64,000 nucleotides of DNA, taken from Patescibacteria group bacterium (lineage in GTDB: Bacteria > Patescibacteriota > Patescibacteriia > UBA11705 > JABHMO01). The notes beneath the pieces were generated by a model. It did no database searches, was not told where the DNA came from, and worked only from the letters and a program-made list of their open reading frames with translations. Every line of letters begins with the position of its first letter. The first letter of the stretch is position 1. The position numbers and the translations under genes are program-made. Below are positions 63,736 through 64,000 of this stretch, piece by piece. The stretch is taken from NCBI GenBank assembly GCA_018818405.1, contig JAHIRY010000047.1:2053-66052 (forward strand). The letters run 5' to 3'.

Positions 63736-64000
63736 ATGAAAAATAATTACGCTTACGAATTAGCGAGGGTCATAAAGGTTGTTCGCGAGAATCCTATAAC
63801 CAATACTTTGCATTTGAAATTGGCAAATCAAAAGCGTTTTCAATTTCTTCCTGGACAATTCGTGCAAATAGGAATTCCGGGGTTTGGCGAATGTCCGATC
63901 GCGATTTCTTCCGCTCCGCAGGATGCGGGTAAATTTATTTGTTTGACAATAAGAGGAGTGGGAGAACTGACGAAAAAATTGCTGACTTTGAAAGCGGGCG
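63736..64000 (+). CDS. FAD/NAD(P)-binding oxidoreductase subunit (sulfhydrogenase gamma / AsrB / PyrK-like), N-terminal fragment cut at the window end
   Basis: FLPGQFVQIGIPGFGECPIAISS FAD-binding barrel motif (RxxS-like). Partial. Confidence 0.55.
   Translation, partial: MKNNYAYELARVIKVVRENPITNTLHLKLANQKRFQFLPGQFVQIGIPGFGECPIAISSAPQDAGKFICLTIRGVGELTKKLLTLKAG

Noticed and set aside
1-64000. Alternative genetic code (UGA or UAG reassignment as in some CPR lineages)
   Set aside because: Long conserved proteins (MutS 853 aa, LepA, AlaS, PilB) are intact under the standard code with stops at the expected positions, so no reassignment is needed.
1-64000. Prophage, integrase, transposase, rRNA or CRISPR-Cas content
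   Set aside because: No ORF has recombinase, transposase, capsid, terminase or Cas signatures. There are no rRNA-like conserved stretches. The only mobile-element-like content is the repeat family and the IVS-type protein domains noted above.

Overview
This window looks like an AT-rich, compact bacterial chromosome, most plausibly from a Patescibacteria/CPR-like organism. The lineage call is inferred from gene content only. The supporting features are a PduL-AckA fermentation pair, a secretin-less type IV pilus operon, N-terminally extended ribosomal proteins, a short RpoA, group-3b-hydrogenase-like subunits and many weak Shine-Dalgarno sites. Almost every gene is on the + strand and the standard genetic code applies, since long housekeeping ORFs are intact. 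Content in order: a PfkB kinase, PduL-AckA, MurJ, LepA (carrying an in-frame 144-aa GxxExxY nuclease-like domain), RecJ, three related proteins with a shared N-terminal domain and an LRR-like C-terminus (one truncated at the window edge), RNase HI, Nif3, a Cys/Trp-rich secreted protein, the pilM-pilN-pilO-small-pilB-pilC-pilin-pilin operon, a D-Ala-D-Ala carboxypeptidase, MnmA, a half-size UvrA-like ATPase, AlaS, a NYN protein, MutS and MutL, the infA/rpmJ/rpsM/rpsK/rpsD/rpoA/rplQ/rplM/rpsI block, a flippase plus GT4 glycosyltransferase, rplJ-rplL behind an L10-type leader, a minus-strand membrane protein, an HTH protein, an FG-GAP L,D-transpeptidase, a TsaB fragment, an interrupted dcw cluster (mraZ-rsmH-ftsL ... 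tgt-SPFH-ftsI-murF), tRNA-Glu(CUC), a four-helix-bundle (rRNA-IVS-type) protein, lexA, a small ORF coupled to dinB, and two sulfhydrogenase-like subunits. The most unusual non-coding content is two structured ncRNA candidates of about 430-440 nt, each with a perfect TTGACA-17-TATAAT promoter and an intrinsic terminator, and a family of mosaic intergenic repeats at four loci around the dcw cluster, tRNA-Glu, lexA and dinB. One module of that repeat family also appears in-frame inside mnmA. No CRISPR array, rRNA gene, integrase or transposase was found.
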